From IMG/VR virus record IMGVR_UViG_3300046788_000415, positions 1-43,695 of that record: a DNA stretch of 43,695 nt. One strand, written 5' to 3'. The translations under genes were made by a program, and so were the position numbers. This DNA comes from a virus (lineage: Duplodnaviria; Caudoviricetes). The notes beneath the pieces are model-generated. The model was not told the origin of the DNA, made no database searches, and worked only from the letters and a program-made list of their open reading frames with translations. Of the stretch, positions 16,765-26,380 are shown piece after piece (position 1 is the stretch's first letter; the number at the start of each line of letters is the position of its first letter).

Positions 16765-17103
16765 ATGGCGCTCATCACCGTGACCGGCGTACCCGGTCAG
16801 AACAAGGTCACGGTCGGACCGGTGGCCGTCGCCGCCACCGACACGGTGGCCGCCTCGGACATCGGCACCACCGGTGTCCTGCTCAACGTGATCAACGGTG
16901 CGGGCTCCTCGATCACCGTGACGATTTCCGACCCCGCCACCACGCCGGTCGGAAACGCGGGAACCACGACCGCGCAGACCGTCGCCAACGCCACCGACGG
17001 CTGGTTCCGGATCCTGCCCGGTCACGTCAACCCGTCGACGGGCGTCGCGACGATCACCTATTCGTCGATCACGACCATCACCTACAAGGCGATCAAGGCA
17101 TAG
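16765..17103 (+). CDS. Small beta-rich structural protein
   Basis: SD GAAAGG; LLNVINGAGSSITVTI; typical pre-tail-tube gene. Confidence 0.72.
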   Translation: MALITVTGVPGQNKVTVGPVAVAATDTVAASDIGTTGVLLNVINGAGSSITVTISDPATTPVGNAGTTTAQTVANATDGWFRILPGHVNPSTGVATITYSSITTITYKAIKA

Positions 17104-17115
17104 GAGAAGCACGCG

Positions 17116-17169
17116 ATGACCACCCACTGGATCGCCGCCGCTGGTGGCCAGAGCGAAGAGAAGAGCTGA
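17116..17169 (+). CDS. 17-codon mini-ORF MTTHWIAAAGGQSEEKS (possible deletion remnant)
   Basis: Strong SD AGGAG at 17102; stops 3 nt before the tail tube ATG. Confidence 0.45.
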   Translation: MTTHWIAAAGGQSEEKS

Positions 17170-17172
17170 CCC

Positions 17173-17658
17173 ATGGCCGATGTCATTACCGACGGCCTCA
17201 CCCGCGTCGCCTATGTGCTGACGATCGCCAACGCCGCCTCACCGACCACAACCGAGCTGAACGCCGGCACGAGCCTGCTGCTGCACGACACGATGACCTC
17301 CGACGGTCTGAACGGGTTCAACCCGGCGACCGCCGACGTGCCCACGTCGAAGTTCTCCTCGACGTTCGACACCATGCAGCCCGGCCGGGTCTCCTACAGC
17401 AACCCGACGCTGCGGTTCTGCAAGCAGGTCGCACCGGACTTGATCTACAACGGTCTCGCCCGGGGGACCACCGGTTTCATCGTCATCCGGCGCGGTCTGG
17501 CAGCGGCGACGGCGTGGGCTTCGACGCAGGTCATCGAGGTGTATCCGATCGTCTGCGGCGAGCGGGTGCTGCTCGACCCGGCGCCGAACACCCTGCAGCG
17601 CTGGGAGTCTCCGCTGAAGCTGTCGGCTCAGCCGACCCTGAACGCCGCCGTCGCCTGA
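17173..17658 (+). CDS. Major tail (tube) protein
   Basis: PTTTELNAG...GFIVIRRG...VIEVYPIVCG; followed by terminator. Confidence 0.88.
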   Translation: MADVITDGLTRVAYVLTIANAASPTTTELNAGTSLLLHDTMTSDGLNGFNPATADVPTSKFSSTFDTMQPGRVSYSNPTLRFCKQVAPDLIYNGLARGTTGFIVIRRGLAAATAWASTQVIEVYPIVCGERVLLDPAPNTLQRWESPLKLSAQPTLNAAVA

Positions 17659-17676
17659 TCCTTCGCAACCCCTGTC

Positions 17677-17704
17677 AGCCGCCACCGACTCGGGGCGGTT
17701 TTTT
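17677..17704 (+). terminator. Intrinsic terminator after tail tube
   Basis: AGCCGCC(A)CCG-ACT-CGGGGCGGTT then a T run. Confidence 0.75.
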
Positions 17705-17776
17705 CGTGCCCGGCCGCCGTCCCGAACCGGTGGCCGGGCACTCCGTTCGGGATGTTCGGGAGCAGGAGAAAGAGCA

Positions 17777-18352
17777 ATGACCGCTCGCGCACGCAAGGCC
17801 GTGGCCACGGCCAAGATGCCGGACTTCGCCGCGCTGCTGGCCGGCGCCAAACTGCCGGAGCGCACTTTGCCTGTGTGCCTGCGCGGCGATCTGCAGGCCC
17901 AGCATGAGACCGCTGACCGGGAACTGGAGGCGCTGCTCAAGGCAGGATCGTCGAAGTTCAACGACGGCTCCGGCGCGCTGAAGGCGAAGCTCCTCGCGCT
18001 CGAAGCCGAGATGAAAGCGGCCACGTACGAGTTCCGGCTCCAGGGACTCGCGCGGCCGCAATACCGTGCGTTCATCGCCGGATACCCGATGCGGATCCAG
18101 GAAGACGGCAGCCTTCACCAGGAAGACCGGGTCTTCGGCTTCAACATCGAGGACGGCGCCGAGCCACTGGTGCGGCGCTGCCTCGTCGACCCCGTCCTCG
18201 ATGCCGAGGCGTGGTCACGCCTGATGGCCGCGCTGACCGAGCGGCAGTTCGACGATCTGGCCGGCGCCGCCTGGTATCTGAACCGCGGGGACGTGGACGT
18301 CCCTTTCTCGCGCGCCGCGTCGCGGCTGACGGAGACTTCCGAGCCCGAGTAG
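17777..18352 (+). CDS. Tail assembly chaperone (G)
   Basis: Between tail tube and TMP; ends DVPFS at the slippery site. Confidence 0.85.
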   Translation: MTARARKAVATAKMPDFAALLAGAKLPERTLPVCLRGDLQAQHETADRELEALLKAGSSKFNDGSGALKAKLLALEAEMKAATYEFRLQGLARPQYRAFIAGYPMRIQEDGSLHQEDRVFGFNIEDGAEPLVRRCLVDPVLDAEAWSRLMAALTERQFDDLAGAAWYLNRGDVDVPFSRAASRLTETSEPE

Positions 18353-18714
18353 AGCTCGCCGACCGCCTCGGCGTTCCGCCGTCCCGGCTAGACGGCCGGG
18401 AGCCGGCCGAGGTCACCGAGCACGAGTACGACGGTGAGCGGCTGGTCCGGTCGGTGACGACCCGGGAGCCGCTGTTCACCGAGCAGGACCGCGCGGAGCT
18501 GTTCGCCCTGGCGCTCTACCGCGACGGCCTGTGCCCGCTGTGCGGACGCCCGCGCGAGGTGTGCGGCGCGCCTGAGGGCACGCACCGGTTCGAGCCGGTG
18601 TGGGAGGTCTGCCAGGCCACCCTCACGGTCTCCGAGCAGCAGAACGCCGTCTACACGCCGGACAACCATCCCAATCGCGCGTCCCACCTTTGGGGCTCAA
18701 GGATCCGGAGGTGA
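18301..18714 (+). CDS. Tail assembly chaperone -1 frameshift extension (GT)
   Basis: Slippery C CCT TTC at 18301-18307; -1 frame open to 18714 (RLGVPPSRLDG...CPLCG). Confidence 0.8.
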   Translation, partial: PFLARRVAADGDFRARVELADRLGVPPSRLDGREPAEVTEHEYDGERLVRSVTTREPLFTEQDRAELFALALYRDGLCPLCGRPREVCGAPEGTHRFEPVWEVCQATLTVSEQQNAVYTPDNHPNRASHLWGSRIRR

Positions 18715-18717
18715 ACG

Positions 18718-21570
18718 ATGGCTCTACGCACAGTTGGGGTCCGGCTCACCGCTGAAATATCGGCCTACCAGGCCAACCTGCGGGCGGCCGGGACGACGAC
18801 GAAGGGTTTCGTCGGCGAGCTCGACAAAGCCTCGAAGTCCGGTCACCTGGAGAAGGTCGCCAACTCTGCCGGCATCGCAGGCCTGGCCCTGACCGGCATG
18901 GCCGCGTACGCCATCAAATCCGCCGCCGACTTCGACAAGTCCATGTCCGCGGTCAGCGCGGCCACCCACGCCAGCACGAGCGACCTCGGCCTGCTGCGCG
19001 CCGCGGCCCTACAGGCGGGCAAAGACACCCAGTACTCCGCAACGCAGGCCGCCGACGGCATCACCGAACTGTCCAAGGCGGGCATCGGCACGGCGGACGT
19101 GCTGAACGGCGGATTGAAGGGTGCGTTGTCGCTCGCCGCCGCCGGGCAGATCAGTGTCGCCGACGCGGCTCAGACGGCCGCTTCCGCGATGACCCAGTTC
19201 GGCCTCAAGGGCGACAAGATCCCACACCTGGCCGACCTGCTCGCTGCGGCGGCCGGTAAGGCGCAGGGCTCCGTCGGCGACATGAGCTACGCGCTGAGCC
19301 AGGGCGGTCTCGTCGCCGCCCAGATGGGCCTGTCGATCGAGGACACGACCGGCACTCTCGCCGCGTTCGCGTCTGCCGGGCTGCTCGGCTCCGACGCCGG
19401 CACCTCGTTCAAGACGATGATGTTGGCGTTGCAGAACCCGGTCGGCAAGACCGCCGATCTGATGAAGCAGCTGGGGATCAGCGCCTACGACACCCAGGGC
19501 AAGTTCGTCGGCATCGCCAACTTCGCCGGCATCCTGCAGAGCAAGCTGTCCACGCTGACCCCGCAGATGCGTCAGCAGGCCCTCGCGCAGATCTTCGGCA
19601 ACGACGCTGTGCGGGCCGGCACGATCCTCTACACCCAGGGCGCCGCCGGCATCCAGAGCTGGATCAACAAGGTCAACGACGCCGGCTACGCCTCGACCAC
19701 CGCGGCGAAGCTCACCGACAACCTGGCCGGCGACATCGAACGGCTCAAGGGCTCGGTCGAAACGCTGGCCATCTCATCCGGCTCCGGCGCGAGCGGCGGC
19801 CTGCGGATCCTGACCAAGGGCTTGAACGATCTCGTCAACGGCTTCCTCGACCTGCCACCCGCGGTCGGCTCAAGCCTGACAGTCCTGACCGGCATTAGCG
19901 GCGTGCTATTGCTCGGCATGGTGGCGTGGCTGAAGTACCGCAAGGTAATGGCTGATGTGCAGGCGCAACTCGCCGCGACCGGGCCGGCTGGTGAAAAGGC
20001 TGCAGTCGGCCTCGGCAAGGTGACGTCGGCGCTCGGCAAGATCGGCATGTGGACCGCAGCGGCCGAGGCAGCGACGCTGCTGTTCAACAGCCTTGACCAG
20101 AAATCCGTGGACGTTGACAAGCTCACCGCATCGCTGCAAAACCTCGCCACGACCGGCAAGTCAGCAGGTGAGCTGAATAAGGACTTTGGCAACAACTTCG
20201 ACAAACTCGGCCGGATTGCAGGCTTCGCCGAATCGGCCAATCATGGCTTCGGCAGCTTCGTCGACAAAGTCGCCAGTGCTACGTGGGTTTTCGGTGATGC
20301 CGGTAAGGCGATCGGCGACTTCGGATCCCGGCTGATCACCGGCACGGACTTCGATACCGCCAAGCAGCAAATGGCCAGCCTCGACACCGCGCTGACCAGC
20401 TTCATGACGACGACAAACGACGCGAAGAAGTCCAGCGATCTGTGGAACCAGGTCCTGTCACAGTCCGGCCTGGACACGCAACAGCTCGCCGAACTATTGC
20501 CGAACACCTACAAGGAGGTCGGGGCGCTGAATACCGCCGCCGACCAGAGCAAGGGCGCGGTCGGTGGTCTAGCCGGTGCGGCTCAGAAGGCAGCCGGCGC
20601 GACCGGTGACCTATCTTCGGCCACCACGACGGGCGCGGCTGCGCAGAAGACCTGGGCGAACGAAGCCGACGCTGCCGCCGGCGCGGCCCGCGGCGAGATC
20701 GGCGCGCTGACCGATCTGAACAATCGGATGAAGGCCCAGGTCAATCCGGTATTCGGCCTGATCGACGCTGAGGACGGTCTGGCCAAGGCGCACCAGGCAG
20801 CGACCGATGCGGTGAAGAAGCACGGCAAGGGCTCCCTTGAGGCGCAGGACGCCGACCGCAAACTTGCTCTGGCGGCCATCACGCTGCAGGGCGCCGCGGG
20901 TGCGCTCGGTACGACGTTCAACGGCAAGATGACGCCCGCGCTCTATCAGACGCTGCGGGCGGCTGGCCTCACGGAGGCGCAGATCAAAGATGTTGCCGGC
21001 CAGTTCCGGCAGGCCAAGAAGGATGCCGACAAATACCAGGGCAACTACGCCGCGAACGTCAGTGCGCCCGGCGCGGCGAACGCGATCAACCAGATCCGGA
21101 CGCTGAAGCAGGAACTCGCGTCGATGCGGACCCGGTGGAACGTCACCATCCGGCAAAACTTCCTAACCTTCGGCAAGCCCTACTCGCAGGCCGGTGTCGC
21201 CTCCGGCAACATCGGCGGTCTGGCCGGCGGCGGTCCGGTCATCGGGGCCGGCCCGAAGGGCGTCGATTCCGAACCGCGCCTGCTCGCACCCGGCGAGCAC
21301 GTCTGGTCTGCCGCCGAGGTCGATGCTGTCGGCGGCCAGGCCGCGATGGCGAAGATGCGCGCTGCCGCGCTCACCGGCTCGACGCATCGCGGTGACGCCG
21401 GTTCGACGCGGGTCATGCCGGCCGTGCCGGTCCAGCGGGTCATCGTCGAGACCCGCAACGTCGTCGAGTTCGCGGGCGGTGCGGACGCGTTCGGCCAGCT
21501 GATGCTCAACACTTTGCGGGTCAAGCCGGGCGTCCGCAAGACCATGGCCAAGACGCTGCTGGGCGCCTGA
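18718..21570 (+). CDS. Tape measure protein (TP901-type core)
   Basis: 950 aa Ala/Gly-rich; FDKSMSAVSA, TQYSATQAA, GSDAGTSFKTM, DNLAGD. Confidence 0.95.
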   Translation: MALRTVGVRLTAEISAYQANLRAAGTTTKGFVGELDKASKSGHLEKVANSAGIAGLALTGMAAYAIKSAADFDKSMSAVSAATHASTSDLGLLRAAALQAGKDTQYSATQAADGITELSKAGIGTADVLNGGLKGALSLAAAGQISVADAAQTAASAMTQFGLKGDKIPHLADLLAAAAGKAQGSVGDMSYALSQGGLVAAQMGLSIEDTTGTLAAFASAGLLGSDAGTSFKTMMLALQNPVGKTADLMKQLGISAYDTQGKFVGIANFAGILQSKLSTLTPQMRQQALAQIFGNDAVRAGTILYTQGAAGIQSWINKVNDAGYASTTAAKLTDNLAGDIERLKGSVETLAISSGSGASGGLRILTKGLNDLVNGFLDLPPAVGSSLTVLTGISGVLLLGMVAWLKYRKVMADVQAQLAATGPAGEKAAVGLGKVTSALGKIGMWTAAAEAATLLFNSLDQKSVDVDKLTASLQNLATTGKSAGELNKDFGNNFDKLGRIAGFAESANHGFGSFVDKVASATWVFGDAGKAIGDFGSRLITGTDFDTAKQQMASLDTALTSFMTTTNDAKKSSDLWNQVLSQSGLDTQQLAELLPNTYKEVGALNTAADQSKGAVGGLAGAAQKAAGATGDLSSATTTGAAAQKTWANEADAAAGAARGEIGALTDLNNRMKAQVNPVFGLIDAEDGLAKAHQAATDAVKKHGKGSLEAQDADRKLALAAITLQGAAGALGTTFNGKMTPALYQTLRAAGLTEAQIKDVAGQFRQAKKDADKYQGNYAANVSAPGAANAINQIRTLKQELASMRTRWNVTIRQNFLTFGKPYSQAGVASGNIGGLAGGGPVIGAGPKGVDSEPRLLAPGEHVWSAAEVDAVGGQAAMAKMRAAALTGSTHRGDAGSTRVMPAVPVQRVIVETRNVVEFAGGADAFGQLMLNTLRVKPGVRKTMAKTLLGA

Positions 21571-24269
21571 TGGACCTGACCGCGCTTCACCGGTTCCACA
21601 TCGCACCCGGCTACGACCCGGCGCTGCCCGCGACCTGGGTGTGGTCGGACCAGTCCGCCGACGTCAACCACGTCAACGGCGGCGTGACGATCACCGGCGG
21701 GCGCGGCGACGAGACCAACGAGGTCGAAGCGTCCAGCGCGCTACTCGAGGTCGACAACGCCGGCGGCCACTACTGCGAGGCGAACCCGCTCGGCCGCTGG
21801 TACGGGCTGCTGGCGATCGGCTGCCCGGCCCGGTGGGGCACGATCTCCGGCGCCGAGGCGTTCACGGCCGACACGACCAACGGCTGGGGTACACCGGACG
21901 TCGGTATCTCCTGGCAGCTGATCAGTTTGGCATCGCTGTTCTCGTCTTCGGGCGGTGTGGGTTTGCTGTCGGTATCCGGCGCGAACGTATTCCACTCGGC
22001 GGTGCTGGTCGGGGCTGACGCCAGGAATGGCGAAGCGACGTTCGTGGGATCCGTGCCGGCGGTCTCCACGGGCGCGACGGTCCACGTCGCCCTGCTCGCG
22101 CGGCGTACCGTCGGCGTCAACCAGATCTGGTTCGCGATCGACTTCGGCCTTGCCGGCGTCCTGGGTGTCCGCATCAAACGAGACACCGCCGGCAGCCTCG
22201 TCGACATCACGACGGGCACGGCCGCCGCGACCTACTCGGCCAATCAGCGGATCAAGGCCAGATGTCAGTGGGATGGCCAGGATCTGCGGATGCGGGTGTG
22301 GCCGGAGGCTGGAAGCGAGCCGACCACGTGGACGGCGGTTGCGACCGATACGCAATGCGTCGGCGCGGCCGTGGGCATGGCGGTTTTGACGGCGCCCGGC
22401 AATACCAACAGCTACCCGTTCTCGTTCAGCATCGACAACATCGAGATCGAGGCCGTCGAGATCACTGGCTCGCTGCCGGAGTTGCCGGTGCGCTGGGATC
22501 CGACGGCGAGCGTGTCGTGGGCGCCGCTGGAGATCGCCGGCATCACCCGCCGCCTGTCGCAGGGCGATGACGTGATCGAATCGCCGATCCACCGGCAACT
22601 GCTCGGCCAGCCGTACGCCGCCTACTGGCCGCTGGAGGACGACGGCGGAACCGCGAGGGCTGCGTCAGCGGTCGCCCGAGGAACTCCGGCGGTCATCACC
22701 GGCGGCGTCCTCGGCAACACCGACTGCCCGCCCGGTGCGCTGTCGTCGCTGACGCTGACGACGGCAGGCACATCGCGCCTGTCGGGCCGCGTGAAGACCT
22801 GGTCGCTGCCGACGGACGGCTACGCGGGCATGTGCTACTTCAAGCTGCCCAGCACGCCGGCCGCGACGCAGCAGCGGATGATGCAGCTGTCCGCTGTCGG
22901 CACAGTCGCCACCTGGATCATCTACATCTCGTCGACCCAATTCACCGTCGAGGGCTACGCCGCCGACGGGACTCTGCTGCTGTCACCTGGCGGGACCGTC
23001 TACACGATCAACCCGCTGCAGTGGACGGCGCTGCAGTTCGAGGCGCAGGAGGTCGGCGGCAACGTCAACTGGACGCTCATCGGCCACCAGGTCGGCTCGT
23101 CCACGTTCTTCGTCGAGGGCTCCGGATCCTTCGCTGGCACCGCCGACCGGCTCACCGGCGGCTACCTGTACGCCCCGGTGGACGGCACGCTCGTCAGCAA
23201 CTTCTGGCTCGGCGACGATCTGCTGGCCTTCGTCGATATCCCCTTCATGCTGGTGAGCGCCGCGTATCCCGGAGAGCTCGACACCGCCCGGATCACGCGG
23301 ATTTTCGGTGAGAAGGGGATCCCGGTCTCTATCGAGGCCGGCACCGGGGAGCCGCTAGGTCCGCAGAAGCTCGGCCAGGTCCTCGACGTCGCCCGCGATG
23401 CTGAGGCTGCGGGCATGGGCGTCCTGTACGAGACCGGCGCCGGCTACGGCTACCGGCCGTTGCCCGCCCGCTACAACAGAGCCGTCAACATGACCCTGGC
23501 CATCTCGCCCACCGGCGACATCGGCGACCAGCCGCAGCCGGCCACCCAGGACCTGCGCACCCGCAACTTCTGGAAGGTCAATCGCAACGGTGGGTCCTCG
23601 GGGACGGACTCGGACACCGCGCACATCGCCCGGTACGGCCGCCGCCCCGACTCGACCACGATCAACGTCTACACCGACGACGTGCTGCAGGACAACGCGT
23701 CCTGGCGCGTGCACCTCGGCACATGGGGCGAGATGCGCTGGCCGCAGCTGGTCATCGACCTCACCGACCGCCCGACCCAACTCGCGGCGTGGCGGGGCCG
23801 TCCGTTCGGCGCGCGGATCACCGTCTCCGGCGTCCCGGCGCAGGGCCCGATCGGCGCCAACCTGGATCTGATCGTCGAGGGCTGGTCGCAGGAGATCACG
23901 TCGAACTCGTGGCGCGCGACGGTCAACTGCTCGCCGGCGAAGCCGTGGGACGTCGGCATCTACACCGACACGACCCGCCGGTACGACTCGTCCAGCACCA
24001 CGCTCGGCTCCTCGGTCACCAGCTCGGGAACCACGCTGGTCTTCTCCTCGGCGCTGTCCGGCGATCAGTGGTCGCAGACCTCCGCCTACGACGTTCTGAT
24101 CGCCGGCGAGGTGATCGGCGTGCCCGTGGCTGGCATGTCGGCGCCGTCCGGCACCGGGCCGTTCACGCAGACCGCGACCGGTTGCACTCGGGCCAAGAAC
24201 GGCATCGTCAAGGCCCTGAACGCCGGGGAGCCGATCCACGTCGCGACGCCCGGGAGGTATGCGCTATGA
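21570..24269 (+). CDS. Large minor tail protein (tail tip/hub, internal LamG-like region)
   Basis: Follows TMP; YWPLEDDGG; LIVEGWSQEI...NCSPAKPW; GCTRAKNG. Confidence 0.85.
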   Translation: MDLTALHRFHIAPGYDPALPATWVWSDQSADVNHVNGGVTITGGRGDETNEVEASSALLEVDNAGGHYCEANPLGRWYGLLAIGCPARWGTISGAEAFTADTTNGWGTPDVGISWQLISLASLFSSSGGVGLLSVSGANVFHSAVLVGADARNGEATFVGSVPAVSTGATVHVALLARRTVGVNQIWFAIDFGLAGVLGVRIKRDTAGSLVDITTGTAAATYSANQRIKARCQWDGQDLRMRVWPEAGSEPTTWTAVATDTQCVGAAVGMAVLTAPGNTNSYPFSFSIDNIEIEAVEITGSLPELPVRWDPTASVSWAPLEIAGITRRLSQGDDVIESPIHRQLLGQPYAAYWPLEDDGGTARAASAVARGTPAVITGGVLGNTDCPPGALSSLTLTTAGTSRLSGRVKTWSLPTDGYAGMCYFKLPSTPAATQQRMMQLSAVGTVATWIIYISSTQFTVEGYAADGTLLLSPGGTVYTINPLQWTALQFEAQEVGGNVNWTLIGHQVGSSTFFVEGSGSFAGTADRLTGGYLYAPVDGTLVSNFWLGDDLLAFVDIPFMLVSAAYPGELDTARITRIFGEKGIPVSIEAGTGEPLGPQKLGQVLDVARDAEAAGMGVLYETGAGYGYRPLPARYNRAVNMTLAISPTGDIGDQPQPATQDLRTRNFWKVNRNGGSSGTDSDTAHIARYGRRPDSTTINVYTDDVLQDNASWRVHLGTWGEMRWPQLVIDLTDRPTQLAAWRGRPFGARITVSGVPAQGPIGANLDLIVEGWSQEITSNSWRATVNCSPAKPWDVGIYTDTTRRYDSSSTTLGSSVTSSGTTLVFSSALSGDQWSQTSAYDVLIAGEVIGVPVAGMSAPSGTGPFTQTATGCTRAKNGIVKALNAGEPIHVATPGRYAL

Positions 24270-24793
24270 CCGTTTTCGCAGGTGACGTGATCAACGCTAG
24301 CGACATCAACGGCATCATCAACCTGTTGCCGGTCACCTACTCGAAAGCGTCAGCGCTGGACCGCACGAGCACCACGACATACGCCGACGACAACGAACTG
24401 GCGGGCATCGCGCTGAGCGTCGGGACGTACACGATCGAGCTAGTCGGCATGTTCACCCTGACTACCACGGCGACCCAGAAGATCAAGACGAACTGGGCGT
24501 TCTCGGGGACGTGGAACAACCCGGTACGCGCCTGCATCGGCCCGGGCTCCGCACAGACCGCATCGCGAACCGACGTCACCGAGACGCAGCTCGGCGGATA
24601 CACGGCGACCGGGCAGGACGCCGTCTACGACACGGCCGCCGGCGGCGGCTTCTCCACCTTCCGCGAGATCGGCGCCGTCGTCAGCGTCTCCGTGGCGGGC
24701 AACCTGAGTCTGCAGTGGGCGCAGAGCGTGAGTTCGGCAAACGCGACGAGCCTGAAGGCGGGCACCAGCTTCATCGTCAGGAAGATCAGCTAA
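24266..24793 (+). CDS. Minor tail protein
   Basis: FAGDVINASDIN N-terminus; GNLSLQWAQ. Confidence 0.75.
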   Translation: MTVFAGDVINASDINGIINLLPVTYSKASALDRTSTTTYADDNELAGIALSVGTYTIELVGMFTLTTTATQKIKTNWAFSGTWNNPVRACIGPGSAQTASRTDVTETQLGGYTATGQDAVYDTAAGGGFSTFREIGAVVSVSVAGNLSLQWAQSVSSANATSLKAGTSFIVRKIS

Positions 24794-25764
24794 TGACCAT
24801 CTTCGGCTGGGACATGTCGCACTTCGACGCCCCGTCCATCGGCACCGCGCTGGCCGAGGGCATCAAGTTCGTCACCCACAAGGCTGGCGGCGACGCCACC
24901 GACGCCGAACTGCCAGCGTGGTGGGCCGGCGTCAAGGACCTCGACCCGTCGCTGTGTCTGCTCGGCGCGTACTGGGTGCTCTACCCGGGCAACCCGGTCG
25001 GCCGCGCTGACGCCTTCATCGCCCGTCTCGACGCCGCATGTCCGGGCTGGCGTGACCGCCCGTTCCTGCTGCAGGCGGACTGCGAAGAGTGGAACGGCAA
25101 CCCCGCGACGGTACCGAACCGGACCGAGGTCGGCGCGTTCTTCGACCGGCTCGTCTCCCGGATGCCGAAGCTGCGGCCGATCGTGTACGCGCCGAAGTGG
25201 GTCTACGGCGACCGGCTGACCGGCCTCGGCTTCCCGCTGTGGGCCAGCTCCTACGTGACTGGGGTGGGCGGTTTCAGGGGCCTCTACCCGGGCGACGGCA
25301 ACTCGCGCTGGGGCCCGTACTCCGGGCAGACGCCGGAGATCCTGCAGTACACCAGCTCGGCCACCATCGGCGGGCAGACCACGTGCGACGCCAACGCCTA
25401 CCGGGGCACGCTGGAAGAGTTGATCCACCTCGCCGCCCCAGGATGGAGTACCGACATGCCACTGACCGATGCGGACATCGCGAAGATCGTCACCGGCGTC
25501 CGCAATACCAAGGAATTCCTGTCGGACACCGAGGTCAGCATCATCGTCGGACAGGAGGTCGCCAAGCTCGCGCCGCGCTTCGACGCGCTGTCGGCCGCGA
25601 TCGCCGCGCAGCCCGCGGTGGACGTCGCCGCCCTGGGCGCCGCCGTCGTCGCCGGCGTGCTGGCCGTGTTGTCGCCGGAGGTGATCGCGGCGCTGCCCGA
25701 GGACTTCGCCGCACAGGTGGCCGGCGCGGTGGCGGGCGAGCTCGCCAAGCGTCTGGCTGCGTGA
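24793..25764 (+). CDS. Endolysin, GH25 muramidase
   Basis: GWDMSHFD, HKAGG, GAYW, ADCE (DxE), LQYTS, CDANAY. Confidence 0.88.
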   Translation: MTIFGWDMSHFDAPSIGTALAEGIKFVTHKAGGDATDAELPAWWAGVKDLDPSLCLLGAYWVLYPGNPVGRADAFIARLDAACPGWRDRPFLLQADCEEWNGNPATVPNRTEVGAFFDRLVSRMPKLRPIVYAPKWVYGDRLTGLGFPLWASSYVTGVGGFRGLYPGDGNSRWGPYSGQTPEILQYTSSATIGGQTTCDANAYRGTLEELIHLAAPGWSTDMPLTDADIAKIVTGVRNTKEFLSDTEVSIIVGQEVAKLAPRFDALSAAIAAQPAVDVAALGAAVVAGVLAVLSPEVIAALPEDFAAQVAGAVAGELAKRLAA

Positions 25765-25770
25765 TCATGC

Positions 25771-26037
25771 GTGAGCAACAGGGCGACAGAGCGCAGATTC
25801 CCCGGCTGGTGGACGCTGGCACGGGACATCCTGTCCTTCGCGGGCGGCTGGGCCCTGATCTTCAGCGAGGCGCAACGGCCGGAGGTCCGCGAGTCGGTGA
25901 TGGTCTTCGCGGGCGTGGTCATCGGGGTGCCCGGGCTGGCCGTGGGGGCTACGTCGCTGGCGGACGCGTTGCGCCGCGGTGGTACCGGCGAGCCGTCGTT
26001 GCCGCAACCGGAGTCTCCGGGATCGCCGTCATCGTGA
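25771..26037 (+). CDS. Membrane protein (holin-like)
   Basis: Two hydrophobic segments; directly after lysin. Confidence 0.65.
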   Translation: MSNRATERRFPGWWTLARDILSFAGGWALIFSEAQRPEVRESVMVFAGVVIGVPGLAVGATSLADALRRGGTGEPSLPQPESPGSPSS

Positions 26038-26062
26038 TCACGCTGGTGCGTGAGGCACGCTG

Positions 26063-26380
26063 GTGAACGCCTGGTCGCGGCGGGAGATCCGAATCCCGGC
26101 CTACTGGCTGGCGGTGGGGATCCTGATCGCCGTGGTCAGCCCGATCATGTCGGTGCTCGCCTCGCGGACGATCGCCGTCGAGAACGCTAACCGGCTGATC
26201 CAGCGGCAGCAGCAGGAGCAGGCGCGGCAGGTCGCGGTCGTCATGACCACGACGTGCAGCCTGTTCCGTTCCCAGCTCGACGCGTACACCGAGACGCCGC
26301 CGACTTCGGCCACGGGCAAGAACATCCGCGATGCGTGGCTGACGGAGTACCGGCTGTATCAGTGCCAGCCGCCGCGGTGA
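26063..26380 (+). CDS. Membrane-anchored lysis accessory protein
   Basis: N-terminal TM, coiled coil, two Cys. Confidence 0.62.
   Translation: MNAWSRREIRIPAYWLAVGILIAVVSPIMSVLASRTIAVENANRLIQRQQQEQARQVAVVMTTTCSLFRSQLDAYTETPPTSATGKNIRDAWLTEYRLYQCQPPR

Noticed and set aside
17002-17025. WFRILPGH as a third Prp site
   Set aside because: Internal position and spacing differ from WFxLxRH
17112-17118. Another CGCGATG at the mini-ORF start, plus scattered coding copies
   Set aside because: No flanking stem beyond 1-3 bp; expected by chance at this GC content
19900-20650. Slightly lower GC3 in the central tape measure gene as a separate inserted element
   Set aside because: Reading frame is intact with no boundaries, intron or intein signature; ordinary TMP mosaicism suffices
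13293-24793. Diversity-generating retroelement or invertible tail-fibre system
   Set aside because: No reverse transcriptase, no TR/VR pair, no invertase with flanking inverted repeats
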